Counted from the stretch's first letter, positions 8,497-18,717 are shown. The stretch is 64,000 nt of DNA from an uncultured Dehalococcoidaceae bacterium (GCA_964558675.1 CAZLEY010000001.1:106754-170753); one strand, 5' to 3'. Made by a program: numbers and translations. Notes: a model not told the origin generated them from the sequence alone.

Positions 8497-9921
8497 TTGC
8501 ACGAGTCTTGCGGCGTTTTTGGTGTTTATTCCCCGAATGAAGACGTAGCCCGTCTAACCTTTTTTGGATTATTTGCACTTCAACACCGCGGTCAGGAAAG
8601 TGCCGGCATTGCTACTGCTGATGGCAGGAAAATACAGATTCGTACCGGCATGGGCCGTGTTTCCAACGTATTTAGCGAGGACCAGCTAAGACATCTTACA
8701 GGCTATATTGCCATCGGTCATAACCGCTATTCCACGGCAGGTTCCAGTCGAGCGGCCAACGCTCAGCCGATTATTGTGGGTAATGGTAGTGACACTATCG
8801 CTATTGCCCATAACGGTAATATCATTAATGCTGAGTATCTCCATAAAGAACTCATTGAGCAGGGTTATACCTTTAACAGCGGCACCGATACCGAAGTTAT
8901 TGCCAACCTTATACTGGCCTGTCCGGAAACAAACCTGGTGGATAAGATAAAATACGCCATGCGCCGCCTCCAGGGCGCCTATTCCGTAGTCCTGATAACC
9001 TCCCGGAATTTGTTTGCGTTTCGTGATTCATTTGGAGTACGCCCTTTATGTCTGGGCAGTCTGGATGGGGGTTGGTTAATAGCCTCGGAAACCTGTGCCC
9101 TCAACCATATTGGCGCTGAAGCCATCAGAGAGGTTGAACCGGGCGAGATTATTGCTATCGACGAAAACGGAGTTACGAGTTCATCCGTGGAAGTGGGCAG
9201 AAGAGGATTGTGCATCTTTGAATATATCTATTTCGCCCGGCCGGATAGTGTCATTAACGGGAAGCTTCTCTACCCGTTGCGGCAGGCTATGGGGGCGGGG
9301 CTGGCTCAGGAACACAGCGTTGATGCTGACCTGGTTATGGGTGTGCCCGATTCGGCTACAGCTGCAGGCATGGGTTATGCCCAGGAGTCCGGTATCCCCA
9401 TTGCGGAAGGGCTCATCAAAAATCGCTACGTAGGACGTACCTTTATCGAGCCCGACCAACGCATCCGGGACCTCGGCGTTAAGCTGAAATTTAATCCGCT
9501 GCCCCAGATGCTGGACGGTAAGCGTCTGGTGGTGGTTGACGACAGCATTGTTCGCGGCACGACTACTCCCAGTGTGGTAAAGATACTGAGGAAGGCTGGG
9601 GCTAAAGAGATCCATATGCGTATCTGTGCGCCTCCCATCCGGTACCCCTGCTTTTTCGGTGTGGATATGGCTAGCCGGAGAGAACTCATCGCTGCCCAGA
9701 AGAGTATACCGGAAATCTGTGATTTTATCGGTGCGGATTCGCTGGGCTATCTAAGCATCGAAGGACTGATTAAGGCTGTGGGCTTACCGAAGGATATTTT
9801 CTGTCTGGCGTGTTTTACCGGAGATTACCCGATACCGGTTCAGCTTGAGATGGATAAGCTGGCACTGGAGACTATTGCTGCCGGGCAGGGTGCCTTCTGT
9901 GAAGGGATAGACGGGGCCTGA
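8497..9921 (+). CDS. purF: amidophosphoribosyltransferase
   Basis: ESCGVFG N-terminal Cys, QHRGQES, GHNRYST, VVVDDSIVRGTT PRPP motif, FeS Cys residues. Confidence 0.97.
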   Translation: MHESCGVFGVYSPNEDVARLTFFGLFALQHRGQESAGIATADGRKIQIRTGMGRVSNVFSEDQLRHLTGYIAIGHNRYSTAGSSRAANAQPIIVGNGSDTIAIAHNGNIINAEYLHKELIEQGYTFNSGTDTEVIANLILACPETNLVDKIKYAMRRLQGAYSVVLITSRNLFAFRDSFGVRPLCLGSLDGGWLIASETCALNHIGAEAIREVEPGEIIAIDENGVTSSSVEVGRRGLCIFEYIYFARPDSVINGKLLYPLRQAMGAGLAQEHSVDADLVMGVPDSATAAGMGYAQESGIPIAEGLIKNRYVGRTFIEPDQRIRDLGVKLKFNPLPQMLDGKRLVVVDDSIVRGTTTPSVVKILRKAGAKEIHMRICAPPIRYPCFFGVDMASRRELIAAQKSIPEICDFIGADSLGYLSIEGLIKAVGLPKDIFCLACFTGDYPIPVQLEMDKLALETIAAGQGAFCEGIDGA

Positions 9922-10030
9922 TTACAGGGATATAACGGCTGCAAAAGCTCACTGATTTTTATTTTTTGAATTACTTTCTATCTTCAATTTCCGATTTAAT
10001 CATAAATTCTTCTTTTTATTGACCTTATAG

Positions 10031-10059
10031 TTGACAGGAACAGTATCTTGGTGTATAGT
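10031..10059 (+). promoter_or_regulatory. sigma70 promoter of lexA
   Basis: TTGACA-N17-TATAGT. Confidence 0.8.
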
Positions 10060-10065
10060 AATTTC

Positions 10066-10079
10066 AGAACATGTGTTCG
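10066..10079. promoter_or_regulatory. LexA operator (Gram-positive/Chloroflexi-type SOS box)
   Basis: aGAAC-ATGT-GTTCg just downstream of the -10 of lexA. Confidence 0.9.
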
Positions 10080-10109
10080 CTGTATCTATAATTATTATCA
10101 GGGTGCAAT

Positions 10110-10751
10110 ATGAAAAAGCTGTCGGATAAGCAGCGTCGTATCTTCAACTTTGTTGACCGTTTTCTGGCTGACAGGGGCTATCCGCCGACTATCCGGGATA
10201 TACAGGCGGGCTGCAATATCAGCTCGACTTCAGTGGTGGACTACAATCTGAATATACTGGAGAGAGAAGGCCATATTCGCCGCCATGCCGAGATATCACG
10301 TGGTATTGAGCTGCTCACTCGTACTCGTGCTTCAGAATCGCTGGTACCCGTGCCGGTTATCGGTCTGATAGCGGCCGGGGAGCCAATCCCGGTACCGGAC
10401 CCTGATACCTGGGATGTCGCCGCCGTCTCGGAAACTCTGGATGTACCTCGTGAGTTGACACGGGGTAAGGATGGCGTTTATGCGCTGCGGGTAAAGGGTA
10501 TGTCAATGGTGGACGCCCTGATTCATGATGGCGATGTTGTCCTGATGCAGTATGTTAATGCCGTCGAGAATGGTGAAATGGCTGCTGTATGGCTCAGGTC
10601 GGAAAAAGAGGCTACGTTAAAAAAGGTCTACCTTGAATCAGACCGTATCCGACTCCAGCCGGCCAATAGCCAGATGCGGCCGATATATGCTGACCCTGAT
10701 AATGTAGAGATTCAGGGCAGGGTCATCGCCGTTGTCAGGCAGATAGCCTGA
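10110..10751 (+). CDS. lexA: SOS repressor LexA
   Basis: YPPTIRDI winged HTH, IAAGEP Ala-Gly cleavage site, GMSM Ser and TLKK Lys dyad. Confidence 0.97.
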   Translation: MKKLSDKQRRIFNFVDRFLADRGYPPTIRDIQAGCNISSTSVVDYNLNILEREGHIRRHAEISRGIELLTRTRASESLVPVPVIGLIAAGEPIPVPDPDTWDVAAVSETLDVPRELTRGKDGVYALRVKGMSMVDALIHDGDVVLMQYVNAVENGEMAAVWLRSEKEATLKKVYLESDRIRLQPANSQMRPIYADPDNVEIQGRVIAVVRQIA

Positions 10752-10822
10752 AGCGGGCAGTCAGATATATTCTTTTAAGCCATCAGAACAGGTTCATTTC
10801 TTAGTACTGAGGGAGGCTGATT

Positions 10823-11797
10823 ATGTCTTATCTGGTCACCGGTGGTGCCGGATTTATAGGTTCACACGTTGTCCGTGATCTGGTTAGAGAGGGTGAGCAG
10901 GTGGTGGTTTATGACTGGTTTCCGGAGACAAGCGGCCTGGAGAGACTGCTCAGTGAAGAGGAAATTAAGAACAGCGTTAAAATCATCCACGGTGATGTGA
11001 CGGATTTCTCCCAGCTTATTCGCACTCTTAAGGAGAATAACATTGAGAAGGTAATTCATATGGCAGCCCTTATGCTCCTTGAAGTGAATGCCAATCCTCT
11101 CCTGGGTGTAAAGGTCAATTGTGAGGGTACTATAGGCGTATTTGAGGCTGCCAGGTTTCTCGGACTGACAAAGGTGGTCTGGCCGAGCTCCGGCTCTGTC
11201 TTCGGTCCGCCGGAGAAGTATCCTCAGGAATATATACCCAATGACGCCCCCCATTATCCCCAGAATATCTACGGGGCTGCCAAGTCTTTTAACGAATTCG
11301 TGGCAGCCTATTACACAGACAGGTATGGCCTGGATATTACGGCACTGAGGTTTGTCATGGTGTACGGCGCCGGGCAGGTACGGGGCAGGACAGCGGCAAT
11401 CATACGGCAGCTCGTCTGTAATCCGGCGCTCGGGAAGCCGGGTAAAGTCCCCGCTGCCGGTGATAATGTGCTGGGCTGGACTTATGTGGACGATGCGGCC
11501 AGGGCTACCGTAATTGCCAGTAAGGTATCTCGCCCTGAGACGAAGTCTTTTTCGGTCAGGGGTGAGATTCATACTGTTCAGGAGATAGCCGACTATGTTA
11601 AGGAACTCGTTCCTGATGCCGATATTACTCTGTTGCCTCTGGAGCGGTCAGCCAGTCACACCATTATGACATGCAAGTATGATACCGCGCGAATTGAGGA
11701 GGAAATCGGCTACCATCCCCGTTGGACAATGAAAGATGGGATAAAGGAAACAATGAACGCGGTAAGGCGTGAGCACGGTCTTTCCCCGCTGCCTTAA
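10823..11797 (+). CDS. NAD-dependent epimerase/dehydratase (extended SDR)
   Basis: TGGAGFIG, YGAAK. Confidence 0.85.
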   Translation: MSYLVTGGAGFIGSHVVRDLVREGEQVVVYDWFPETSGLERLLSEEEIKNSVKIIHGDVTDFSQLIRTLKENNIEKVIHMAALMLLEVNANPLLGVKVNCEGTIGVFEAARFLGLTKVVWPSSGSVFGPPEKYPQEYIPNDAPHYPQNIYGAAKSFNEFVAAYYTDRYGLDITALRFVMVYGAGQVRGRTAAIIRQLVCNPALGKPGKVPAAGDNVLGWTYVDDAARATVIASKVSRPETKSFSVRGEIHTVQEIADYVKELVPDADITLLPLERSASHTIMTCKYDTARIEEEIGYHPRWTMKDGIKETMNAVRREHGLSPLP

Positions 11798-11821
11798 GTA
11801 TGCAAATGGTGCTTAATATGA

Positions 11822-12739
11822 CTATTTCTTATAGACCGGCGTGCACCAGTGAATATATTTGGGGTGGTCGCCCCTGATTACCCTGACGTATATATCCTGT
11901 AGCTTAGCCGTAATTTCGCCTATCTCACCGTCGCCTATCTTACGACGGTCTATTTCCCATACCGGTGTCACATGAGCGGCGGTGCCGGTAAGAAAGCACT
12001 CATCGGCGGTATAGAGCTCGCTGCGGTCGATTGACCGGTGAACTGTCTCCATACCCAGCTCTTTCTCGGCCAGCTCTATCACCGTATTACGGGTAATACC
12101 CATGAGAATATTATTGCTGGTGGCAGGAGTTACCAGTTTGCCGTCTATCACCAGGAAAATATTTTCCCCGCTCCCCTCCGAGATATGGCCATCCGGGGCC
12201 AGCATGATGGCCTCGTCAAAGCCGTTACCCTGAGCCTCTGTTTTCGCCAGGGCGTTATTAATATAGATACCGGCGGCTTTAATCTGGGGAGGAATCACGT
12301 TATCTTCCGGGCGGTGCCAGGATGAAACACAGCACCGGGCTTTGTCCACGTCCAGATAAGGCCCCCATGGAATCACGAATACGAAGAAATCATCCTCCAG
12401 GTCATGCAGGCGCACGCCCAGAGCCTGGGAGCTTTTATAGGCCACGGGCCTTATATAAACGTCTTCCTGGAAACCGCACTTGGCCACCAGCTCAACGGTC
12501 AACCGGCAGAGTTCATCTATAGAATGATGCAGGGTGATATTCAGCACCCGGCATCCCTTTCCTAGTCTTTCATAGTGCTCTTTGAGGCGGAAGATGTAAG
12601 CTTGCTGCTGCTCGCTGTTCCAGTTACCCCTGATGCCCTCAAAGATAGCGGTGCCGTAGTGGAAGGAATTGGTCATAATCCCTATTTTTGCTTCTTCCAG
12701 AGGGATAAACTGCTTCTGAAAATAGGCATAAGACGGCAT
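11822..12739 (-). CDS. ilvE: branched-chain amino acid aminotransferase
   Basis: FHYGTAIFEGIR, YIRP, EGSGENIF, GITR, LTGTAA. Confidence 0.93.
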   Translation of the reverse strand: MPSYAYFQKQFIPLEEAKIGIMTNSFHYGTAIFEGIRGNWNSEQQQAYIFRLKEHYERLGKGCRVLNITLHHSIDELCRLTVELVAKCGFQEDVYIRPVAYKSSQALGVRLHDLEDDFFVFVIPWGPYLDVDKARCCVSSWHRPEDNVIPPQIKAAGIYINNALAKTEAQGNGFDEAIMLAPDGHISEGSGENIFLVIDGKLVTPATSNNILMGITRNTVIELAEKELGMETVHRSIDRSELYTADECFLTGTAAHVTPVWEIDRRKIGDGEIGEITAKLQDIYVRVIRGDHPKYIHWCTPVYKK

Positions 12740-12912
12740 ATTAAAGTCTCCTTTCCGGTTACCGTTTATTATAACGATTGCGGGGGTGGAAAAACAAGTG
12801 CGCGGTCTTCATCTACTTTACAGCGTGTATATGGGAAGATGGTTTTCGCCAACCACCAAACCCCCATTAAATCTATCAGCACAAAATGGCATCATGGTAT
12901 AATACTCAGCAT

Positions 12913-13509
12913 ATGGATGAAACCACCGCTGAAAAGCAGGGTGGAGTGGGGTGGTTGGCGTGGCTCAGAAAGAGAAGCATTCCCCTGGCCGGTCTGCTGC
13001 TGGCTGTCGCCATCATGGCAGTTGTTGGCTATTTTTACTGGAAAAATCCTGGTGTGTTCCGAGAGCTTAAAACATATGGATACCTTGGTGCTTTTATTAT
13101 CAGCATTATCCTGAACGCTACCATCATATTGCCGGTCAGTAATATGGCGTTTATCATATCCCTTGGGGCTACACTACCTTATCCGTACTTTGTCGGTATG
13201 GCTGGTGGCATTGGGGCGGCTATCGGTGAAATGACCGGTTATATCGCCGGCAGAAGCGGCCGCGGGCTACTGGCGAAGAGTAAGGTATACAGCCGGGTGG
13301 AAGGCTGGGTAAGAAGGTGGGGGTGGATAGCCGTATTTGTTCTCTCCATTTTTCCTTTTCTTTTTGATATCGTCGGTATTATTGCTGGTGCCCTTCGTAT
13401 GCCCTTCTGGAAGTTCTTTCTGGCCTGCTGGCTGGGCAGGACAATTTCTTATGTAGCCGTGGCCTGGGGCGCTTCTATCGGGATAAAATTATTACCCTGG
13501 TTTGGCTAG
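12913..13509 (+). CDS. VTT/DedA (SNARE-associated-like) membrane protein
   Basis: GAAIGEMTGYIAGR and PFLFDIVGIIAGALRMPFWKF motifs; start set at ATG12913 because TGGTATAAT lies at 12895-12903. Confidence 0.8.
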   Translation: MDETTAEKQGGVGWLAWLRKRSIPLAGLLLAVAIMAVVGYFYWKNPGVFRELKTYGYLGAFIISIILNATIILPVSNMAFIISLGATLPYPYFVGMAGGIGAAIGEMTGYIAGRSGRGLLAKSKVYSRVEGWVRRWGWIAVFVLSIFPFLFDIVGIIAGALRMPFWKFFLACWLGRTISYVAVAWGASIGIKLLPWFG

Positions 13510-14774
13510 GTGCGACTCTTAATTCTCGTTACCAGTATTGAGCCGATAATAAAATAAGCAAGGCAGACGAGTAACATAAAGTCATAGCCGAGTCCGGGAC
13601 GCCGGCTGTTAAAGAAATCAATGCCAATGCCGATAAGACGTGCCAGGGCGGCACCGCCGGCCGTAGCCAGGTTGGTCAGGCCGAGATATCTCGCCTCCTC
13701 GGTTTTAGGGACAAGGTCGGTAGCCAGTGCCCAGTTTGAACTCATGAACGAGCCGACAGCGATTCCCTCAAGTCCGCCGCCTATAAGCTTACAGACGTAA
13801 CCCGGACCCAGAAGCAATACCAGTATTCCGGCAGCGCCGATAATCCCGGAGAATACCAGAATAGGTTTACGGCCCAGTCTATCGGAAAGTCGACCGGCTA
13901 TATAGACCGTGCCCACCATGCCGATACCTAGTACGGCCATAAGCTCGACAGTGGCCGTAGCGGGATTGGCTACCTCAACCGTGTCCTGGAAGAAGTACAG
14001 GGCGAAGGACTGAAGAGTGGTCAGCGCCATGATAAAAAGGAGACGTGATACCAGGAAGAGAATGAAGCCGGGGCTCTTATGGACATCTATTTTATAGCTG
14101 TTAATCAGGGCAGGGAATAAAGGTTGCCTGGGGGCAACAGTGCCCGGCCGCTCTTTAACGGTAATAACAGTGATGAGCAGAGCAGCGAGCAGCAGGGCGG
14201 CCAGTATTGCCAGGATAAGCCATATCCAGGAAAAGCCTTCTCCCCCGAAGCGGTCACTAAGGAATACTATTATATAGACGAGGCCGATGCCGCCGATTAC
14301 TTCCAGAAGGGTCTTGACACCTGAGGCCAGACCCCGTCTCTCTTCGGGCGCAAGGTCAGGGATAAAAGCCTGGTGGGGACCCTGGGCTATGTTGGCGCTT
14401 ATCTGCATAAGGCAATAGATGGTAAAAATGGCGGCGTAGCTACCGACTAGGCCAATTCCGGGGATAAAAAATAGAGTAATAATACCACCCACCAGGATAA
14501 AGGGTCGCCTTCGCCCCCATTTGAAGCTGGAGCGGTCGCTGATAGCCCCCGCTATCGGCTGGATGGCCATGGCTAGCAGCAGTCCCGTAAGAGTAAGCAA
14601 TCCGAGGTAGGTATTTTTCTGCGACTCCGCCACGAAATCCAGCAGGCGTAATGGCAGAACAACACTGTGAAAGCTGCCCCAGAGCGCCGATAAAGCCAGG
14701 CTGAGGACGGTAATCTTGACATAATCTATGCGGCGGAATATTGTACTACGGCCCGGGCTGCTCGCGTTCTGCAT
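13506..14774 (-). CDS. MFS transporter
   Basis: ~12 hydrophobic segments; GAISDRS..WGRRRPF and GRLSDRLGRKP loop motifs. Confidence 0.9.
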   Translation of the reverse strand: MQNASSPGRSTIFRRIDYVKITVLSLALSALWGSFHSVVLPLRLLDFVAESQKNTYLGLLTLTGLLLAMAIQPIAGAISDRSSFKWGRRRPFILVGGIITLFFIPGIGLVGSYAAIFTIYCLMQISANIAQGPHQAFIPDLAPEERRGLASGVKTLLEVIGGIGLVYIIVFLSDRFGGEGFSWIWLILAILAALLLAALLITVITVKERPGTVAPRQPLFPALINSYKIDVHKSPGFILFLVSRLLFIMALTTLQSFALYFFQDTVEVANPATATVELMAVLGIGMVGTVYIAGRLSDRLGRKPILVFSGIIGAAGILVLLLGPGYVCKLIGGGLEGIAVGSFMSSNWALATDLVPKTEEARYLGLTNLATAGGAALARLIGIGIDFFNSRRPGLGYDFMLLVCLAYFIIGSILVTRIKSRT

Positions 14775-14843
14775 AACTGCTTCAAAGCATAGCAGAGCAG
14801 GAGTGAAGAGGCAACATCACGAAGATTAGAGCATTTCTTAGGT

Positions 14844-14871
14844 GGTGGGGTAAAAACCATCGGGATAAGCC
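14844..14871 (-). repeat. dispersed 28-bp intergenic repeat, copy 2
   Basis: Minus strand reads GGCTTATCCCGatGGTTTtTACCCCACC; a CCCTACC motif lies upstream of both copies. Confidence 0.75.
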
Positions 14872-14985
14872 ACAGATGATACCGGGTGGTAGGGTGGGAA
14901 TAGATAATACACGAGGGGGGTGGGGAAGAGGTAAGAATGTAGAGACTAAAAAACTGGACGATTATAATGATAAACAGGTTTCACT

Positions 14986-15264
14986 TCACGATGCGACCGG
15001 ATAAAAAGATGAGGCGACAAGAAACCACATATAGAGCGCGAGTATTATACAAAGTCCCGTAATTCCCCATCTCCAACTTTTTCGCACAGAAGTCAATACA
15101 CCGCTGACTAAAATCATTAACGAGCCTGCCATGTATGGAAGTCCCCAGAGAGAAAGGGCCTGTATATCCGTATAATGTAACACTGTAAAGAGGCTTAAGT
15201 AAAAGAGTAAACAGAAAGCTAACAGGTTTATAATCCCCAGTGTTATTATCGATGCTCTTTTCAT
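14986..15264 (-). CDS. small orphan membrane protein (about 3 TM segments)
   Basis: 92 aa, hydrophobic, AT-rich context. Confidence 0.6.
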   Translation of the reverse strand: MKRASIITLGIINLLAFCLLFYLSLFTVLHYTDIQALSLWGLPYMAGSLMILVSGVLTSVRKSWRWGITGLCIILALYMWFLVASSFYPVAS

Positions 15265-15456
15265 TATTATCCCAAATATCAGGTAGATTAGAAAGAATTA
15301 TAATGCGGCCATTACTAAATATATATTATTTCAATAGTAAGGAATTATCAAGCTTTATAAGGTCGTCATATACATATATAATAATAAACGAGATTGTTGG
15401 CTGCGCGCCTCCAGACTGTTAGCAACGGAAATTTCAGCAGGAGTTGATGGTAAAGA

Positions 15457-16896
15457 ATGACAGAGCGTTATCCGCTTATAGAAGAGATACACATGGCGCC
15501 GGACGCACCGTGGTGTTTTGAGGCCTTTGCCCATCGACCTTTCAGCTTCTTTCTTGACAGCGGCATGGACCCGGCCAAGCTGGGGCGCTATTCATTCATA
15601 GGCAGCGACCCGTTCCTGGTACTCAGGAGTCGGGGCGATAAGGTATCTCTCATTACAGACGGGGTGGAAGAAATCAGTCAGGGCAATCCTTTTAATGTGC
15701 TCGGTGAATTACTGGAGAAATATTCTCTTGAGAGCGGTGAGGCAGGTATTCCCTTTATGGGTGGGGCTGTCGGCTATTTCAGCTATGATTTGTGCCACTT
15801 TATGGAGCGACTGCCAGCTACAGCGGTTGACGATTTAAATCTCCCTGAGTGTTATCTGGCTTTCTACGATGCCATTGTGGCTTTTGACCATCTTGAAAGG
15901 AAGATATACGTGGTGTCTACAGGATTCCCGGAATTGGAGGAGAGTCGGAGGCTGCGTCGGGCGCGGGAAAGGCTGGCAGAGCTGAGAAGCCGGGTTGCGC
16001 TGAGTCCGCCGCCCAGAACAATCGAGGAAAATACCCATGGCGAAGGTAGTGTCATCAAAGCGAATTTCTCGCACGAGGGCTACCTTGAAGCGGTGGCTAC
16101 GGGTCGGGAGTATATATGCGCCGGCGATATATTTCAGGTTAATCTGTCTCAGAGGTTCGAGACTGATTTAAGCATGGCGCCGTATGAGCTTTACAAGCGC
16201 TTGCGGGAAATCAATCCGGCTCCCTTCGCCAACTATTTTAACTTCGACGGCGTTACTGTTGTTGGCGCTTCACCGGAGAGATTTTTGAAGGTCCGGGGCG
16301 ACTGGGTGGAGACCCGCCCTATCAAGGGAACGAAGCCCCGCGGTGAATCCCCAGAGGAGGACAGGGCGCTGGCCCGGAGCCTGCTGAAAAGCGCTAAAGA
16401 CCGGGCGGAGAATGTGATGATTGTCGACCTTGAGCGGAACGATATCGGGCGCGTCTGCCGCTATGGGACGGTCAGGGTTACGGAGCTGGCTATCCTGGAG
16501 ACGTATCCCACTGTTTTTCACCTTACCTCGACAGTAGTCGGCCAGTTGTGCGAGGGGAAAAACCGGATTGACCTCCTGAAAGCCACCTTCCCCGGCGGTT
16601 CCATAACCGGAGCCCCCAAGGTGCGGGCCATGGAAATTATCGATGAGCTTGAGCCTACCCGTCGCAGCGTTTATACGGGGTCGCTGGGCTACCTGAGTTT
16701 CTGCGGCGACATGGATCTGGATATAGTAATAAGGACGATTCTTGTTAAAGAGGGCAGGGCTTATTTCCAGGTGGGGGGTGCTATAGTCTATGATTCTGAG
16801 CCGGAGGCGGAGTATATCGAGACGCTGGACAAGGGCAAAGCCATGATGCAGGCCCTCAAACTGTCGCCTCAGGCTGATGTGGAGATAATATCGTGA
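15457..16896 (+). CDS. pabB: aminodeoxychorismate synthase component I
   Basis: FFLDSG, GDIFQVNLSQRF, SPERFL, RPIKGT, AENVMIVDLERND, PGGSITGAPK; followed by pabA and pabC-like genes. Confidence 0.9.
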   Translation: MTERYPLIEEIHMAPDAPWCFEAFAHRPFSFFLDSGMDPAKLGRYSFIGSDPFLVLRSRGDKVSLITDGVEEISQGNPFNVLGELLEKYSLESGEAGIPFMGGAVGYFSYDLCHFMERLPATAVDDLNLPECYLAFYDAIVAFDHLERKIYVVSTGFPELEESRRLRRARERLAELRSRVALSPPPRTIEENTHGEGSVIKANFSHEGYLEAVATGREYICAGDIFQVNLSQRFETDLSMAPYELYKRLREINPAPFANYFNFDGVTVVGASPERFLKVRGDWVETRPIKGTKPRGESPEEDRALARSLLKSAKDRAENVMIVDLERNDIGRVCRYGTVRVTELAILETYPTVFHLTSTVVGQLCEGKNRIDLLKATFPGGSITGAPKVRAMEIIDELEPTRRSVYTGSLGYLSFCGDMDLDIVIRTILVKEGRAYFQVGGAIVYDSEPEAEYIETLDKGKAMMQALKLSPQADVEIIS

Positions 16897-17477
16897 TTCT
16901 GGTAATAGACAACTATGATTCGTTCGCCTATAATCTGGTTCAGTACCTCGGCGAGCTGGGACAGGAGTCTGTGGTCTATCGTAATGACGCCATTAACATA
17001 GAACAGATTGAGACTATGGCACCGAGCCATATCATCCTTTCTCCCGGCCCCTGCACCCCGCTGGAGGCTGGTATCTCCAATGATGTCGTCCGCTCATTCC
17101 GCAGGATGATTCCCATACTGGGTGTGTGCCTGGGACACCAGTGCATCGGCTATGTATATGGCGGGCAAATTAAACGTGCGGTGCTCCCCGTGCATGGCAA
17201 AGACTCCCTCATCTACCATGACGGCGAAACTGTCTTCCGTGGTCTGCCGTCTCCACTCGTCGGGGGGCGTTATCACTCTCTGGTTATCGGCGCCGAGGCT
17301 GTACCCCCGTCTTTAGAGGTTTCCGCCAGGACAGGAGACGGGGTGATTATGGGGGTCAGAAATAGATATGACATGGTGGAGGGAATACAGTTCCACCCGG
17401 AATCTATCATGACGCCGGATGGCCACGGTATTTTGTCCAATTTCCTGAGCTTATCGAAACGTGAATCAGGAGGATAG
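16893..17477 (+). CDS. pabA: aminodeoxychorismate/anthranilate synthase glutamine amidotransferase subunit
   Basis: IDNYDSF, SPGP, GVCLGHQ, RYHSL, QFHPES. Confidence 0.92.
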   Translation: MILVIDNYDSFAYNLVQYLGELGQESVVYRNDAINIEQIETMAPSHIILSPGPCTPLEAGISNDVVRSFRRMIPILGVCLGHQCIGYVYGGQIKRAVLPVHGKDSLIYHDGETVFRGLPSPLVGGRYHSLVIGAEAVPPSLEVSARTGDGVIMGVRNRYDMVEGIQFHPESIMTPDGHGILSNFLSLSKRESGG

Positions 17478-17479
17478 TT

Positions 17480-18361
17480 ATGGAAGGGATTGTATATCTC
17501 AATGGTGAACTTATCGCCGCCTCAGAGGCGCGTATATCGGTCTTTGACCACGGTTTCCTCTATGGATACGGGCTTTTTGAGACGATGCGCGCCTACCGTG
17601 GCAAAATATTCCTTTTAGAGCGGCACTTAAAACGACTTATGCAATCAGCAGATACCATCGGGATGGGCTCGGGACTAGCTGGCATTGACCTTGCCCGGGC
17701 CTGCCAGGATACACTTGAGGCCAATAACCTGCAGGATGCTCGTATTCGGTTGACTGTTACCAATGGCGAATCGGACACGTTCCCCTGGGCTGGAGTGAGT
17801 GGCAAGGCTACCGTGGTAGTAACGGCAATACCCTATGCGCCTCCTGAGGCTGAGAGATACGGGCAGGGTTTCAAAATTGGCCTGACATCGCTACGCCGCT
17901 GCCAGCAGTCCCTGACATGCTCGATTAAATCAACCAATTATCTAATCAGCGTGCTTGCCAGGATGGAAGCTGCCAGGCAGGGACTGCATGAGACATTGAT
18001 GTTAAACGATGACGGCTTTATTGCTGAAGGCAGTAGTTGCAATGTCTTTTTTGTAAAGGCGTCGAGGCTAGTGACGCCTTCACTGGGAAGCGGTATCCTG
18101 CCGGGCATTACCCGTGAGGTAGTGATAGAGCTGGCTGATAGGCTTGGTATAACTATCACCGAGGGTACGGTGGGACTGGGGTCGCTCAAACACTCCGATG
18201 AGGCTTTTTTGACCAATTCCATGATTGAAATAATGCCTCTGGTGCAGGTCAGGGACGATGCTGGAAATACTATCACCATCGGCTCGGGAAAACCGGGACG
18301 GATGACAAAGAAATTTATGGCAGACTATAAAAAGATGGTAGAGAAGGAGACCGCGGCCTAG
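17480..18361 (+). CDS. pabC: PLP fold-type IV enzyme, probable 4-amino-4-deoxychorismate lyase
   Basis: DHGFLYGYGLFET, KSTNY, EGSSCN, LPGITR; operon with pabBA. Confidence 0.8.
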   Translation: MEGIVYLNGELIAASEARISVFDHGFLYGYGLFETMRAYRGKIFLLERHLKRLMQSADTIGMGSGLAGIDLARACQDTLEANNLQDARIRLTVTNGESDTFPWAGVSGKATVVVTAIPYAPPEAERYGQGFKIGLTSLRRCQQSLTCSIKSTNYLISVLARMEAARQGLHETLMLNDDGFIAEGSSCNVFFVKASRLVTPSLGSGILPGITREVVIELADRLGITITEGTVGLGSLKHSDEAFLTNSMIEIMPLVQVRDDAGNTITIGSGKPGRMTKKFMADYKKMVEKETAA

Positions 18362-18373
18362 CCTTGGCCTTCT

Positions 18374-18703
18374 CTACCAGAACTCAACCTGTGAGACGTG
18401 CTCGGTTTCCTGAATCAGCTTTTTAATTCTTCCTCGCGCTTTTCTGTCGCTGATTGGCTCCACTTCTGATACGGGGAATCCGTCTTTATTCATCTCTGCC
18501 TGCCACCTGACCAGATAGCCGGGCACCAGCGCTGAAGTGAAGTCGGCCGAGCCGCAGCAGGAGGAATCGACGACAGCTTCACTGATAACACAGAGTACTT
18601 CCTGACCGTTGTACGGCAGCCTCACCTCTTTCTGCGGGGTATAATGCCCGGCAATAGCTTCTATATCCTCGTTTAATTTGAGATGCGTGTACCTGGTCGT
18701 CAG
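18374..18703 (-). CDS. conserved hypothetical protein with SCCG motif (probable CTG start)
   Basis: ORF is open upstream of GTG18625 to CTG18703, which has GGAGG 5 nt upstream, directly after the argC stop. Confidence 0.7.
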   Translation of the reverse strand: MTTRYTHLKLNEDIEAIAGHYTPQKEVRLPYNGQEVLCVISEAVVDSSCCGSADFTSALVPGYLVRWQAEMNKDGFPVSEVEPISDRKARGRIKKLIQETEHVSQVEFW

Positions 18704-18717
18704 TCTTTCCTCCGGTC

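Noticed and set aside
10786-10796. Second LexA box after lexA (GAAC-AG-GTTC)
   Set aside because: Spacer is 2 nt instead of 4
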